Below are positions 1-9,407 of a stretch of 64,000 nucleotides of DNA, one piece after another. The position numbers and the translations under genes were made by a program. The notes under the pieces are model-generated. The model was not told the origin of the DNA. It worked only from the letters and a program-made list of their open reading frames with translations, and did no database searches. Each line of letters opens with the position of its first letter. Positions within the stretch are counted from its first letter, which is position 1. The stretch is from the sequence record PP601403.1; one strand, given 5' to 3'.

Positions 1-1
1 G

Positions 2-712
2 CGTGACAACTTCTTTGCTGAAATGTCATCAATGCTTGGTAACGTTCGGATGGCTGGGTTTACTGGTTATACCATTAATGACCTACTGATGGTATTCGAT
101 AACTTGAACGAAGTACTCGATCTTACTTTGTTCGATGCTGAACAATACCGTGTGGATGATCTTTCTCTGAGTTGTGAGAACATGGGTACATCTCAGCTCG
201 GTGAGTTTGTTAGTCATGAAATCATGATGAACGTTATGGATCTGCTGATCAAGTACGGTCTGACCACAATTTCTTTCCGTGGTTCTAACTGTGATAACTT
301 CGGTGGTGACGGTGGTTTGAGCAACATTGTTATTCTTCCGTATAACGTAACATCGTTGACTGATAATGATTTTGATATGGGTTCTAAAGCAGAAGCTTTT
401 GTAACCGCACTGACTAATCAGATCTTCACCAAACTCAATGGTATCAGTATTAACCAGTTGACCCCGATTCGTTTTGATGTCCACGCAGAACTCTTTGGTA
501 CCACTACCATTAATATGTGTGTAGTAACCGAAGATAACATCTCAACCGGATTCTCCATGAATGACGCTGGATCAGTCTCTGGGATGCAATCTCGCACCTT
601 CCCGACTTTTGCTATTAACAACGCTTCCTCTATTCTGGGTAATGATTCTACCGCTATCCAGATGGGTGCCAACTTCTATAGCAACATTAACGAATACTTC
701 ACCGGCTACTAA
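2..712 (+). CDS. 5'-truncated conserved jumbo-phage protein; synteny suggests a phiKZ gp69-like (PicA/Imp1 nuclear import) protein
   Basis: The frame is open from base 2, upstream of the ATG at 23, so the gene starts before the window. The identity rests only on its position two genes before RNAP beta-C. Confidence 0.35.
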   Translation, partial: RDNFFAEMSSMLGNVRMAGFTGYTINDLLMVFDNLNEVLDLTLFDAEQYRVDDLSLSCENMGTSQLGEFVSHEIMMNVMDLLIKYGLTTISFRGSNCDNFGGDGGLSNIVILPYNVTSLTDNDFDMGSKAEAFVTALTNQIFTKLNGISINQLTPIRFDVHAELFGTTTINMCVVTEDNISTGFSMNDAGSVSGMQSRTFPTFAINNASSILGNDSTAIQMGANFYSNINEYFTGY

Positions 713-733
713 TTTTAGATGTAAGGATTTATA

Positions 734-2257
734 ATGAACCAACTTAACAGTATTTACCAATCCATGCTCAAATCCTGGGGCGTAAGTTTCACTCCCGATC
801 ACGAACTTATCCTCAATATGGCTGGTCAAGAAGTCCCAGTTAAAGTAGAAGATAAACAAGTCTACCTTCCCACCAACGATAACCTTAATGGTGTTACCAT
901 TGGTAAGGTATTCTTCCACCCTGCTTGTGAATCAGTAATGTCTAAGGAAACTGAGATCTTCAAAGTTATCCGTAAACTTACCTGTGCACGTATTTACCAA
1001 GTATTCCAACCTATCGCTCAAGTACTGTTTGCTGTAGCCGGTAAGAAGACAGGTAAAACTACTTCTGGTAAGATGTTGGAGAAACTGGAACCTTTTAAGA
1101 ACGCTTCTAAAGAAGTTAAAGAAGATGTTCTTACTCTGATCAAAGGTATTGGTATTACTCTGGAAGGTACGGGGATTGATAATCGTCTTATCAACTGGAA
1201 TCTGATCAAAGGTGGTAAAGATGATCAAGATCGCCATGTTTACTACACTGCTATTCCGGATTACCCGTATTACCTTGAACTGTGCCGAGTAGTAGCTCAA
1301 AACGATCATGTTAAACAAACAGGTCGTTTGAACTTCAATAACAGTAATGTAAGTAAAGCTGCCATGGAGTTAGTGATTTATCTATTCGAGATGGTTTTCC
1401 CATCATGCCTGGATAACACTATAGCAAGTTACTCAGTAGTGTCTCCGGATGCAGCTCGTTTAACAGCCTACCTGCACTCTTACGGTTTGGTGGTAAGTGA
1501 GCTCAATTCCCTGATCAGTAAGTTCCGTAAGGATTTTGATACCATTGGTATTTATGGTATTGAACTGGACTGGTTGACTGAACTGGATTCACTGGGTGAA
1601 TACAAAGGTCTTATACCTCCCCTGGACTACAACAACTACAATGTGACCACATCTGGTGACAATGTAGGAAGTCGCGCTCCCAGTAAAGCTGTCACTACCT
1701 TTAATCTATTCGGTGGTAACACTACTCAACAAAACCAGCAGCAACAAACCAACACAGCTGTAAAACAACCTAATGCTCCGGCGGCTCGTCCTGGTGAACA
1801 TTACATGGGGTGTGACTACACTGAGTCCAATGGTGTATTTGAGTTTAAGTTCCAAATGCCTGGTGGTTTGATCCGTTCTGTATCGATGACCGAAGATAAC
1901 CGTATTATCAATGAAATTGTAATCAACCCTGCAATGAGTGCGATGAACGGTCTGGGTAATACACCTCTCGGTGGTATGAATGATCCACGTTTGCTTATGG
2001 CTCTTGCTCAAATGCAAAACAACGGTATTCCTCCCCTGATGGGCATGGGTGGTGGTAACGGTGGTGGATTTGTTCGCGATCCTTACACCGGGCAAATGGT
2101 TCCTACCGGTGGTAATAACGGTTATAACAACAATGGTTATAACTCAGCACCGCTTGGTTCCAATGATGCTTGGGGGAATAACAACAATCAATATCAACCG
2201 ATGGATGCTTACACTGCAACTGGTGCAGGTGGTACTGTAAGTGTAAATAACTTCTAA
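734..2257 (+). CDS. Conserved phiKZ gp70-like protein with a Q/N/G/M-rich low-complexity C-terminus
   Basis: 507-aa ORF with RBS AAGGA, followed by a hairpin terminator. It sits immediately before the RNAP beta-C locus. Confidence 0.55.
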   Translation: MNQLNSIYQSMLKSWGVSFTPDHELILNMAGQEVPVKVEDKQVYLPTNDNLNGVTIGKVFFHPACESVMSKETEIFKVIRKLTCARIYQVFQPIAQVLFAVAGKKTGKTTSGKMLEKLEPFKNASKEVKEDVLTLIKGIGITLEGTGIDNRLINWNLIKGGKDDQDRHVYYTAIPDYPYYLELCRVVAQNDHVKQTGRLNFNNSNVSKAAMELVIYLFEMVFPSCLDNTIASYSVVSPDAARLTAYLHSYGLVVSELNSLISKFRKDFDTIGIYGIELDWLTELDSLGEYKGLIPPLDYNNYNVTTSGDNVGSRAPSKAVTTFNLFGGNTTQQNQQQQTNTAVKQPNAPAARPGEHYMGCDYTESNGVFEFKFQMPGGLIRSVSMTEDNRIINEIVINPAMSAMNGLGNTPLGGMNDPRLLMALAQMQNNGIPPLMGMGGGNGGGFVRDPYTGQMVPTGGNNGYNNNGYNSAPLGSNDAWGNNNNQYQPMDAYTATGAGGTVSVNNF

Positions 2258-2273
2258 ACAACAATAAGGTAGT

Positions 2274-2303
2274 CCTGTAAGTCAGCATTAGCTGACTTAC
2301 AGG
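2274..2303. terminator. Bidirectional hairpin terminator
   Basis: cctgtaagtcagc-atta-gctgacttacagg, a 13-bp stem between convergent genes. Confidence 0.8.
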
Positions 2304-2318
2304 CTATTTACTTAATCT

Positions 2319-2657
2319 TTAATTTTCTCTTCTAACTCTTGTTACCTGAATAACAGAGTTAATGTTTTCTCTAGTAACAGTCCAAATTCCTTTTAAGTGG
2401 GAGAAATCTTGATTAGGATTTTCTATCCCATTTAAATAAGAAATAGTCCAGATCATATCTTCAGGAATAAGACTATTCATTCCCCCCATACTCCTAAGTA
2501 GTTTATGAAAGTTATTACGATAAGCAAATCGTAAACTATCATCTACGAAAGGAGAGAATGAAGCTCTAGCCAAAAGGATTTCTTTACAGCTTCGAATAAT
2601 GGTTTTGTATTCTTCAGTGTAGAAAAAAGAATTACCAGAGTTCATAGAAATTGGCAT
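2319..2657 (-). CDS. Small protein, possibly T4 gp53-like/LysM-like baseplate wedge protein
   Basis: 112 aa with RBS AAGGAA. The motif AYRNNF...IWTISYLNGIENP resembles the gp53-type Y...W.I..LN.I.DP pattern. Confidence 0.4.
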   Translation of the reverse strand: MPISMNSGNSFFYTEEYKTIIRSCKEILLARASFSPFVDDSLRFAYRNNFHKLLRSMGGMNSLIPEDMIWTISYLNGIENPNQDFSHLKGIWTVTRENINSVIQVTRVRREN

Positions 2658-2693
2658 GACAAAAGTTTCCTTTTTATTAATTTTTTACAAGCC

Positions 2694-2727
2694 CTATAAT
2701 ATTTCAGACCGATATTATTAGAATGTA
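2694..2727 (+). promoter_or_regulatory. Putative early phage promoter (34-bp motif, copy 1)
   Basis: ctataatatttcagaccgatattattagaatgta aligns without gaps to five other intergenic copies. Confidence 0.7.
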
Positions 2728-2748
2728 ATTCTAGGGAGATATTTAAAA

Positions 2749-2871
2749 ATGAAAGACAAGAAACCTAAAAACCAAGTGACCTTTAGAACTGGTGGTGTCG
2801 GTGTCGGCATGAATGCCTGTCGAGCTAACTCATCTGCTGCCAGACTACAGGATCAAAAATATGAAAATTGA
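2749..2871 (+). pseudogene. Orphaned original 5' end of the RNAP beta-C gene (40-aa remnant ORF, not in the ORF track)
   Basis: RBS GGGAG. Translates MKDKKPKNQVTFRTGGVGVGMNACRANSSAARLQDQKYEN*; 24 of 26 core residues match the N-terminus of 3948..6047. Confidence 0.85.
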
Positions 2872-4043
2872 TGAAAGACTACTTGCTTATAAACCAATTT
2901 CAGTTACTCTTAACTTTGATTGGGAAAATACCTCATTTGATCAAAGAGCTCAAATGCGTTGGGACTATATTCAGGAACAGAAAAAGAAAGATCCTAATTA
3001 TGTTGGATATGATTTTCCTGAACATTTCCGTAGCACACATGGTGGAAGAACGAAAGAAACTAAATACAGCGTGACTTTTGACCAACTAATAAGTACCATA
3101 GGTCAGTTAATCAGTGCCAGATATGAAGATGAACTTTTCGTTACCTTTGGAGGTACTAGTCACAAAGGCTATTTAGTAACAGCTATTAATGAAGACGACA
3201 AAAATCAAATGGCGCAGGTTCATCGTATTGTAGCATGTACCTTTATCCCATTGCCAATGTCATTAATTAATAAAAGAGAAAAAGCTATAATCAACCATAA
3301 AAATGACATTGTTACATGTAACCAGGTATCTAATTTAGAGTGGACTACCCTTAGAGGTAACACCATTAAAGCTGTGGAAACAGGTCTAATAGATTCAACT
3401 TCCTTTAAACTTACGGTGACACAACCGGGTCCGTTACTGGGTAACGAATATTATTTCTTTAGTAAAGGAGATTTGGTCAAACAAGGTTTCTCTCATTCTC
3501 CTGTTTGGGAATCTGTTAGAACAGGTTCTGTATATCTATGTGGAACGTGGTCAGAAGTCTCTAAAGAGGAGATGGAAAATAAACCTAGAGGTGTTCCAGA
3601 TAAAGACCTAGTTATTATTAGGGATAAACGTACAGGAAGATCTGATTCCTCTGCTACAGTAGGAACTATAGTTACTGAGGGTCCTTGCAAGGGAGCGAAA
3701 TTCGCCCTTTATGGTGGTTCGCAACTAAAAGAATATGGTTTTGATCAGAGTAGTTTAAATAAAGCCATACGTGGAGGACTTGGGGTTGTCGCTGGTTGCA
3801 CCTGGGAACGTATGACAAGAGAGGAAGCTGTCAATATTCCGATTGGTTTAACGCCTGAACAATTAGACCACATTAACAAAACCAGATTAAAGAAATCAAA
3901 ATAACATTCAAAGTCCACTGGTTTACAGCGGGCTATTTGGAGGAACAATGCAAAAGAAACCGAATAATCAGGTAACCTTTAGAACAGGCGGGGTTGCCGT
4001 AGGAATGAACGCTAGTCGTGCTAACTCATCGGCGGCGAGATTG
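2848..4043 (+). mobile_element. HNH cassette carrying a replacement 5' end for the RNAP beta gene
   Basis: The HNH ORF is flanked by two protein-level copies of the same 26-codon RNAP segment (2770..2847 and 3966..4043). Confidence 0.75.
2861..3904 (+). CDS. Free-standing HNH homing endonuclease 1 (likely start MKIDERLL at 2861, not 2813)
   Basis: VHRIVA...INHKND...N..SNLEW HNH motif plus two C-terminal G...GTW/GCTW-type repeats. RBS CAGGA precedes 2861. Confidence 0.85.
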   Translation: MKIDERLLAYKPISVTLNFDWENTSFDQRAQMRWDYIQEQKKKDPNYVGYDFPEHFRSTHGGRTKETKYSVTFDQLISTIGQLISARYEDELFVTFGGTSHKGYLVTAINEDDKNQMAQVHRIVACTFIPLPMSLINKREKAIINHKNDIVTCNQVSNLEWTTLRGNTIKAVETGLIDSTSFKLTVTQPGPLLGNEYYFFSKGDLVKQGFSHSPVWESVRTGSVYLCGTWSEVSKEEMENKPRGVPDKDLVIIRDKRTGRSDSSATVGTIVTEGPCKGAKFALYGGSQLKEYGFDQSSLNKAIRGGLGVVAGCTWERMTREEAVNIPIGLTPEQLDHINKTRLKKSK

Positions 4044-6047
4044 TTTATGCTCGGTAAACATCTCGGAAAATCGTCTGTTATTTGGCATCCGACAAATAGA
4101 AAGTTTAGTGCTGGTGATGAAGTTGAGTATGGTAAGACTGCTCGTAAAGTAGAAGCAGAGTCTGATGTGGAAGTTGAAGCTATTTTCTTTCCACGTAATA
4201 TCCTTAATACCACCGAGCCTAATCTTTGGGGTAAAGTAAACGTTATAGTTCGTAATCTAGAAACGGGAATTTATGACGTGATTGAACTGGATAAGTTCAA
4301 TACTCAAAACATGGATTTGGGATTCGAGTACAAATACGATGACGATTTACTTCGTAGTATCAAACCTGGTAGTCAATATCGTAAAGGAACTGTGTTTGGT
4401 CAGTCAGCTCGCATTTCTGAAAGTAATGAATGGTGTCCAGGTATTGAAACTAAAGTGGCTGCTATGAGTCATGTGTATACAGAAGAAGATGCTGTTTTGA
4501 TCTTTGAAAGTTATGCGCGTAAGATCGGTGTTACTTTTAGTCGTAAACATGACTTCCAGTGGAACGAAGAAGAGTTCATTCCGCTTAACTTGTACGGTAG
4601 TGCCGATAAGCCACAACTCTGTCCACTGTCTGGGGAACGTGTTCGGGAAGATGGTATTGTAATGGGATTTCGTCGTAAGGATCCTAATGCAGGTATCTCT
4701 GGGATGACTAAACGTTCCTTGATGATTCCAGATCCTATTTATGACGTATTGTTTTACTCAAGTCCAAACTGTATTGTAGCTGATATCGAAGTTCAAACAG
4801 AACGCTACAAGAACCAATCTAATAATCGTAAAGCTGAGAAGCTCACTCAACCTCACACTTTAATCTTGGAAAAGATTGAAGAAGAATATAACAACTATTA
4901 TAACGATATTGTTAAATGGTTCGTTAATAAGGAACGTCAATATGCCGACAATGTTCCTTTGTCAGGTAAACTCTGGAATCTGATCTTTATGGCACGCGGT
5001 GCTATTACAAGGGATTTCAGTACACCTCACTCTAATGGTAAATTCCATAAGGTGAAACGCAAAATCCACAACATCAATCTGAAGGACTGGCGTATTATCG
5101 TTACTCTTAAGGAAGATGTAGAAGGTAAAGTGCGTTTCAAGAATACCGGTATGGATGGTAACAAATCTGTTATCATGAAAATCCTACCAGACTCTATGGC
5201 TCCGGTAGATGAGTATGGTAACAAAGCTGATATGATTGTAGGTAATACCCCTGCATTTCGTCGTCAAACTTTGGGCTCGTTGATCGAGCTTGACGTGAAC
5301 TTTGTTAACCAATATGTTTACCGAGAGATTAAACAAGCTTTTGAAAGTAAGGATTACGCTACAGCTTGGGATAAAGCACATCTGTTCTACAAAACAGTTA
5401 ATCCCTCATTTGGGGAACTGGTAGAACAACTGAATGCTGAAGAACGAATGGCTCACCTAAGATGGATTATGAAAGATGAGAATGAATTCGGGATTCTAGC
5501 ACCTTCTGGTACGGATGACATAGGGATTAAGATCACTGAACGTTTGGCTGATACTTATGCTCATATCAAACCAACTCCTGTTACTTACATGAATGAGAAT
5601 GGAGCTAAGATCACCACCATTCACCCGATTGTAATCAGTTCACTTTATTACTTGATGTTGGATAAGTTTGGTGATGACATTAGTTGTCAATCTATGCCGA
5701 AACTTAATATCTTTGGACTTCCAACCTCACTTAGTAAACACGAACGTTCTCGTGACTTCTATCGAGCCACGTTGAACCGTAACGTTGGTGAAACTGAAGG
5801 TCGGTTGTTTGTTAACCAGAAAGGCGGAGCTGCTGCTGTACGTAGTTTGGCACTAGCTAACAGTCCTGAGTTGTTAAGCTTAGCCGGTAAACGTATTATC
5901 CGTGCTGATAATCCATTCTTGATCAAACATCTGATTAAACCAGGTGAGGAACGTCGTAACCATTCGCTACAAGTGATTGATAACATCATGAGTGACTTTG
6001 GTCTTAAACTTAGAACAGAACGTTCTAGTGACCGTACCAACGATTAA
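3948..6047 (+). CDS. rpoB: Non-virion RNA polymerase beta subunit, C-terminal half (phiKZ gp71-73-like)
   Basis: KNTGMDGNKSVIMKILP..MAP corresponds to the beta motif KMAGRHGNKGVISKILP. Also ADMIVGN...RRQTLG and YYLMLDK. RBS GGAGGA. Confidence 0.9.
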   Translation: MQKKPNNQVTFRTGGVAVGMNASRANSSAARLFMLGKHLGKSSVIWHPTNRKFSAGDEVEYGKTARKVEAESDVEVEAIFFPRNILNTTEPNLWGKVNVIVRNLETGIYDVIELDKFNTQNMDLGFEYKYDDDLLRSIKPGSQYRKGTVFGQSARISESNEWCPGIETKVAAMSHVYTEEDAVLIFESYARKIGVTFSRKHDFQWNEEEFIPLNLYGSADKPQLCPLSGERVREDGIVMGFRRKDPNAGISGMTKRSLMIPDPIYDVLFYSSPNCIVADIEVQTERYKNQSNNRKAEKLTQPHTLILEKIEEEYNNYYNDIVKWFVNKERQYADNVPLSGKLWNLIFMARGAITRDFSTPHSNGKFHKVKRKIHNINLKDWRIIVTLKEDVEGKVRFKNTGMDGNKSVIMKILPDSMAPVDEYGNKADMIVGNTPAFRRQTLGSLIELDVNFVNQYVYREIKQAFESKDYATAWDKAHLFYKTVNPSFGELVEQLNAEERMAHLRWIMKDENEFGILAPSGTDDIGIKITERLADTYAHIKPTPVTYMNENGAKITTIHPIVISSLYYLMLDKFGDDISCQSMPKLNIFGLPTSLSKHERSRDFYRATLNRNVGETEGRLFVNQKGGAAAVRSLALANSPELLSLAGKRIIRADNPFLIKHLIKPGEERRNHSLQVIDNIMSDFGLKLRTERSSDRTND

Positions 6048-6079
6048 GAAGTTCTTTTAGTTTAGTAAAAGAGGATCAA

Positions 6080-8104
6080 ATGAAAACAATTAGATTAAGA
6101 GAATTTGCTGGACTTGATCAAGTTGCAATGCTCAACATGACAGAGCGTCGTTATAAAGTAGAAGTGATCGACGACCAAGGGGAGAAAGTAATCACTGATA
6201 GTTGGTTATTAGCTATCAACTGGTACACGCTTATTCCTCATCGTTACTTCCATGATGAACCTTATCACATTGACGAGGTAATCGTTCTGAAGTCCAAGGA
6301 AGGACGTCAGAGCTTTATTGACGATGACAAGTTGAAACATCCGGTGGATAACTTCCTAGGTCGTATTATGCCTAAGAACGACGATCCTGCTTTCTACGAT
6401 ATGATTAAACAATTGATCTTTGTTTATCATAATGCTTGTCATAACTATTTGTGCGTTAAATCTGAACATGGCGTTGTATCGGCACGTTCTATGGATGTGC
6501 TCCATGTGCTGAGAAATCCAAAGATCGCTGATCTGAAGAAACGTGTTCAATCTGGTCAAACTTGTATGGCTGATGGTGCTAAGGAGTTTGAACAGATCAT
6601 GATGACTGAACCTGATTTTGATAAATCAGTATTCGGGTTGTTGTATCGTACTCGCTCAGTATCAAGTGTTCAGTCATTCCAGTTGGTAATTGCTCGTGGT
6701 GACGTAACTGATCTTAATGGTACTATCCTACCTAATACCATTATGGAATCGTACGCTGATGGCATTACTAACCTTGCTGATAGTCTAGCAGACTCTAAAG
6801 GTGCTGGTTTCTCGTTGATCTCTAACGGACAAGCACTACAAGACTCTGAGTGGTTCCACAAGAAGATTCACAACGTAGCCCAGGTAGTTAAAGGGATTGA
6901 CTACCAAAAGGACTGTGGGAGCACTACAGGGACGATTGTAAAGATTGTCTCTAAAGAGTTTAAACAGTCTTTGGCTGGGAAGTGGCGTATTATGGAAGAT
7001 GGTTCTTTGGAACTATTGATCGGTAAAGCGTTGGATAAGATCGAAACTGGAGAAAAGATCACTTATCGTTCTGTTGCTTGGTGTAGACATGGTAGAACAG
7101 GAAGACCGTGTTCTGTGTGTTTTGGTAAAATGGAATCAGCTCTACCGTTTAACCCATATACCAGAAGAGGAGCAGTACCTGGATTGTTCTACGGTTCTAC
7201 TCTTGCTGAACCTATTGGTCAGTCTATCCTTAAGACTAAACACCGGATCGGTTCTGCATCTGCTAAAGGGTTTGTGGTTAACCGAGCTGATGCGGATTAC
7301 ATCACCGGTGATGAGTCTGGTGATTACATCTACTTTAAGAAAGAGATCCTTAATGAAGATTCTGATCCATATTTGATTTTGGATAAGGAAACACAACAGG
7401 ACTTCTCTGACTTTAAGTTTATGGAAAACTTGGAAGATATTGATCTGTCCCGTGTTCTTAGAACATATGAAACAATTAAACTGCGGGTAAGTATTTCTAA
7501 CCCTATGTTTGAGAGTAAGAAAGCAGTTCATTATCCAATCATCACTACTACTGTTGCGAGTCGCGACGCAAGGATGACCAGAGCACTTGTAGAGTACTTG
7601 TTGGAACAACCTATAGAAGAGGAGGGTAAAACCTTTAAGATCTCCCTGAAGGGGTTTGATGCTAAGGAACCAGCATTTGAGTTACCGCAAGTAAACGAGG
7701 ACTTGGATGCCTATCGTAAGAGGGTAGAAAACAAGTTTAAGTTTGATGAAGTTAAGAACCGTTGGGATCACTGGATTACTCCTGAAATCTTTGGTGAGTA
7801 CGTAGTATCTCTTTGGAAGGTAATTGATGAGAAGTACAAAGGTGCTAATATCATCATGACCGATATCTTCCTCTGGGCTTGTGCCGCTATTGATCCTAAT
7901 AACTTGGATTACGGATTACCTGGTGAAACTGACAAACGTGTATTTGTTTCACTGCATGAGTCCATTATCCATGGTGGAATGAGTAATGCACTAGTATACG
8001 GTTATCAGAAAGAGAGCTTAATTAACGAACCATATCGGTTTCTGGTTAAGAACCGTAAGAGTGGTGTATTGGAAGCCTTCATGAATCCAATTGCAATTAA
8101 GTAA
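6080..8104 (+). CDS. rpoC: Non-virion RNA polymerase beta' subunit, C-terminal part (phiKZ gp74-like)
   Basis: Bridge-helix-like GAGFSLISNGQALQDSEWFHKKIH, DCGS, Zn-site C...CSVCFG, and trigger-loop-like LAEPIGQSILKTKH. Confidence 0.88.
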   Translation: MKTIRLREFAGLDQVAMLNMTERRYKVEVIDDQGEKVITDSWLLAINWYTLIPHRYFHDEPYHIDEVIVLKSKEGRQSFIDDDKLKHPVDNFLGRIMPKNDDPAFYDMIKQLIFVYHNACHNYLCVKSEHGVVSARSMDVLHVLRNPKIADLKKRVQSGQTCMADGAKEFEQIMMTEPDFDKSVFGLLYRTRSVSSVQSFQLVIARGDVTDLNGTILPNTIMESYADGITNLADSLADSKGAGFSLISNGQALQDSEWFHKKIHNVAQVVKGIDYQKDCGSTTGTIVKIVSKEFKQSLAGKWRIMEDGSLELLIGKALDKIETGEKITYRSVAWCRHGRTGRPCSVCFGKMESALPFNPYTRRGAVPGLFYGSTLAEPIGQSILKTKHRIGSASAKGFVVNRADADYITGDESGDYIYFKKEILNEDSDPYLILDKETQQDFSDFKFMENLEDIDLSRVLRTYETIKLRVSISNPMFESKKAVHYPIITTTVASRDARMTRALVEYLLEQPIEEEGKTFKISLKGFDAKEPAFELPQVNEDLDAYRKRVENKFKFDEVKNRWDHWITPEIFGEYVVSLWKVIDEKYKGANIIMTDIFLWACAAIDPNNLDYGLPGETDKRVFVSLHESIIHGGMSNALVYGYQKESLINEPYRFLVKNRKSGVLEAFMNPIAIK

Positions 8105-8113
8105 GGAAATACA

Positions 8114-8290
8114 ATGAAACATACCGTAGAACAAATTGTAACCTTGGCAGGATCCACCCGTAAACAGTTTGGCGATAAATGGGTTCCTGCTCGCCCAACT
8201 GATGGTAGTGGTCTGATTACAAAGATCAAACATGCCTGGTTGGTCATCACTGGTAAAGCCGACATTGTGGTTTGGCCTTGTAACCAATAA
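8114..8290 (+). CDS. 58-aa hypothetical protein (below the ORF-track cutoff)
   Basis: RBS AAGGA. MKHTVEQIVTLAGSTRKQFGDKWVPARP...KHAWLVITGKADIVVWPCNQ, directly followed by a terminator. Confidence 0.7.
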   Translation: MKHTVEQIVTLAGSTRKQFGDKWVPARPTDGSGLITKIKHAWLVITGKADIVVWPCNQ

Positions 8291-8300
8291 ATAACTTACC

Positions 8301-8327
8301 CCTACCTAGACATAAAGTCTAGGTAGG
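8301..8327. terminator. CTACCT-family hairpin terminator
   Basis: cctacctagac-ataaa-gtctaggtagg. Confidence 0.75.
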
Positions 8328-8345
8328 TTTATTTGGAGTATAGTT

Positions 8346-8693
8346 ATGAAACGTCTTTACCTGATCAAATCTGGAACTGACTTACTTCCTTATTTGATGC
8401 CAAAGTTAAATCAAGTTCACGTACCTAAAAAGAAACGTGCTATAATGAAAGCAGGAACCGATCTTGTTCTTATTTATAGTAAAGGGAAATGTCTTGTACA
8501 GCGAGCAGATATCCGGACTCCCTATCGGCACATGATTTTCACGTTTAATATTACAGATTGGAATAAGTATATTTACCCTATGGAACTTACCTGTCTTTCC
8601 ACACAGGGGCTAATAACAGATCAAGTAGATGGATTGGCTTGGGTTCAACCTGAGACATTTAAACCAAATAGTGTAAACGTTAAAACGTATTAA
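8346..8693 (+). CDS. Hypothetical protein
   Basis: 115-aa ORF with RBS GGAG. Confidence 0.7.
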   Translation: MKRLYLIKSGTDLLPYLMPKLNQVHVPKKKRAIMKAGTDLVLIYSKGKCLVQRADIRTPYRHMIFTFNITDWNKYIYPMELTCLSTQGLITDQVDGLAWVQPETFKPNSVNVKTY

Positions 8694-8699
8694 GGATGA

Positions 8700-9098
8700 A
8701 TGATGAAAAAGTTCTATTGTTTTACTGCTGGACAACTGGTACCTTCCTGGGTTGTCGATTTTACTTCCCCAGACCGTGAATCACAAATTAAAAATAAAAA
8801 TGCCAAGATAGTTTTCTCCAGTTCTTGCATAGGTATTAAAGAAGAGAAAGGACGCGTCAAGCTTCTTAGACTAAATGATAAAATTGATGACAAAAATCAT
8901 TTTTATATAGAAATTAAAACTATGGTTAACGCAGAAGTTGGTGGTGTTGGTAAGGGTCGTGGTATTCATGTTACCAGTAGAGGACGCCAAAAGGATTTTG
9001 GTAAAGGTCTTCATTATTCACATTCCATTGTAAATGGTAAAGAAGTCCTAATTCAACTGAAAGGATTTGAAGATGTCGCTATCCAAGGAAGTAAATAA
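8700..9098 (+). CDS. Hypothetical protein
   Basis: 132-aa ORF with RBS AAGGA, tightly coupled to the previous gene. Confidence 0.7.
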   Translation: MMKKFYCFTAGQLVPSWVVDFTSPDRESQIKNKNAKIVFSSSCIGIKEEKGRVKLLRLNDKIDDKNHFYIEIKTMVNAEVGGVGKGRGIHVTSRGRQKDFGKGLHYSHSIVNGKEVLIQLKGFEDVAIQGSK

Positions 9099-9255
9099 AC
9101 TCTTTGATGAAATAGAGTATAAAATCTCTAAATTTCAAAAGAAACTAGTTGATCGAAAGGAACCTAAACGTTCAACATTACCTGGAGGTGGAGGAGGTGG
9201 TTACCAACCACACCCTACAGATAAAGAAGTTTCCCCTCCACCTAAGAAACAGTAA
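9067..9255 (+). CDS. Small basic Gly/Pro-rich hypothetical protein
   Basis: 62 aa; overlaps the previous gene's end and stops just before a terminator. Confidence 0.5.
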   Translation: MKMSLSKEVNKLFDEIEYKISKFQKKLVDRKEPKRSTLPGGGGGGYQPHPTDKEVSPPPKKQ

Positions 9256-9262
9256 TGTAAAC

Positions 9263-9289
9263 AACGTAGTGAGTGTTTCTCACTACGTT
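9263..9289. terminator. Hairpin terminator
   Basis: aacgtagtgag-tgttt-ctcactacgtt. Confidence 0.7.
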
Positions 9290-9407
9290 TACAAAAAGGT
9301 CTGTTAATAAATACAGCAGTCATAATTCGTTAGAAACCAATCTTTTGTGACCACTTTCCAAGAGGTTAAATGATATAACGTTTTATGTGTTCTAAGGGAG
9401 ATACCTA

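Noticed and set aside
2813-2860. ORF-track N-terminus MPVELTHLLPDYRIKN for HNH1
   Set aside because: It is an out-of-frame reading of the RNAP remnant. The RBS and alignment with the paralogs favour ATG 2861.
2848-3965. Group I intron containing HNH1, by analogy to the phiKZ gp71-73 intron
   Set aside because: Only ~13 nt lie upstream and ~43 nt downstream of the HNH ORF, leaving no visible room for a ribozyme core. The downstream copy has its own RBS and ATG, so splicing is unnecessary. A covariance-model search and RT-PCR would settle it.
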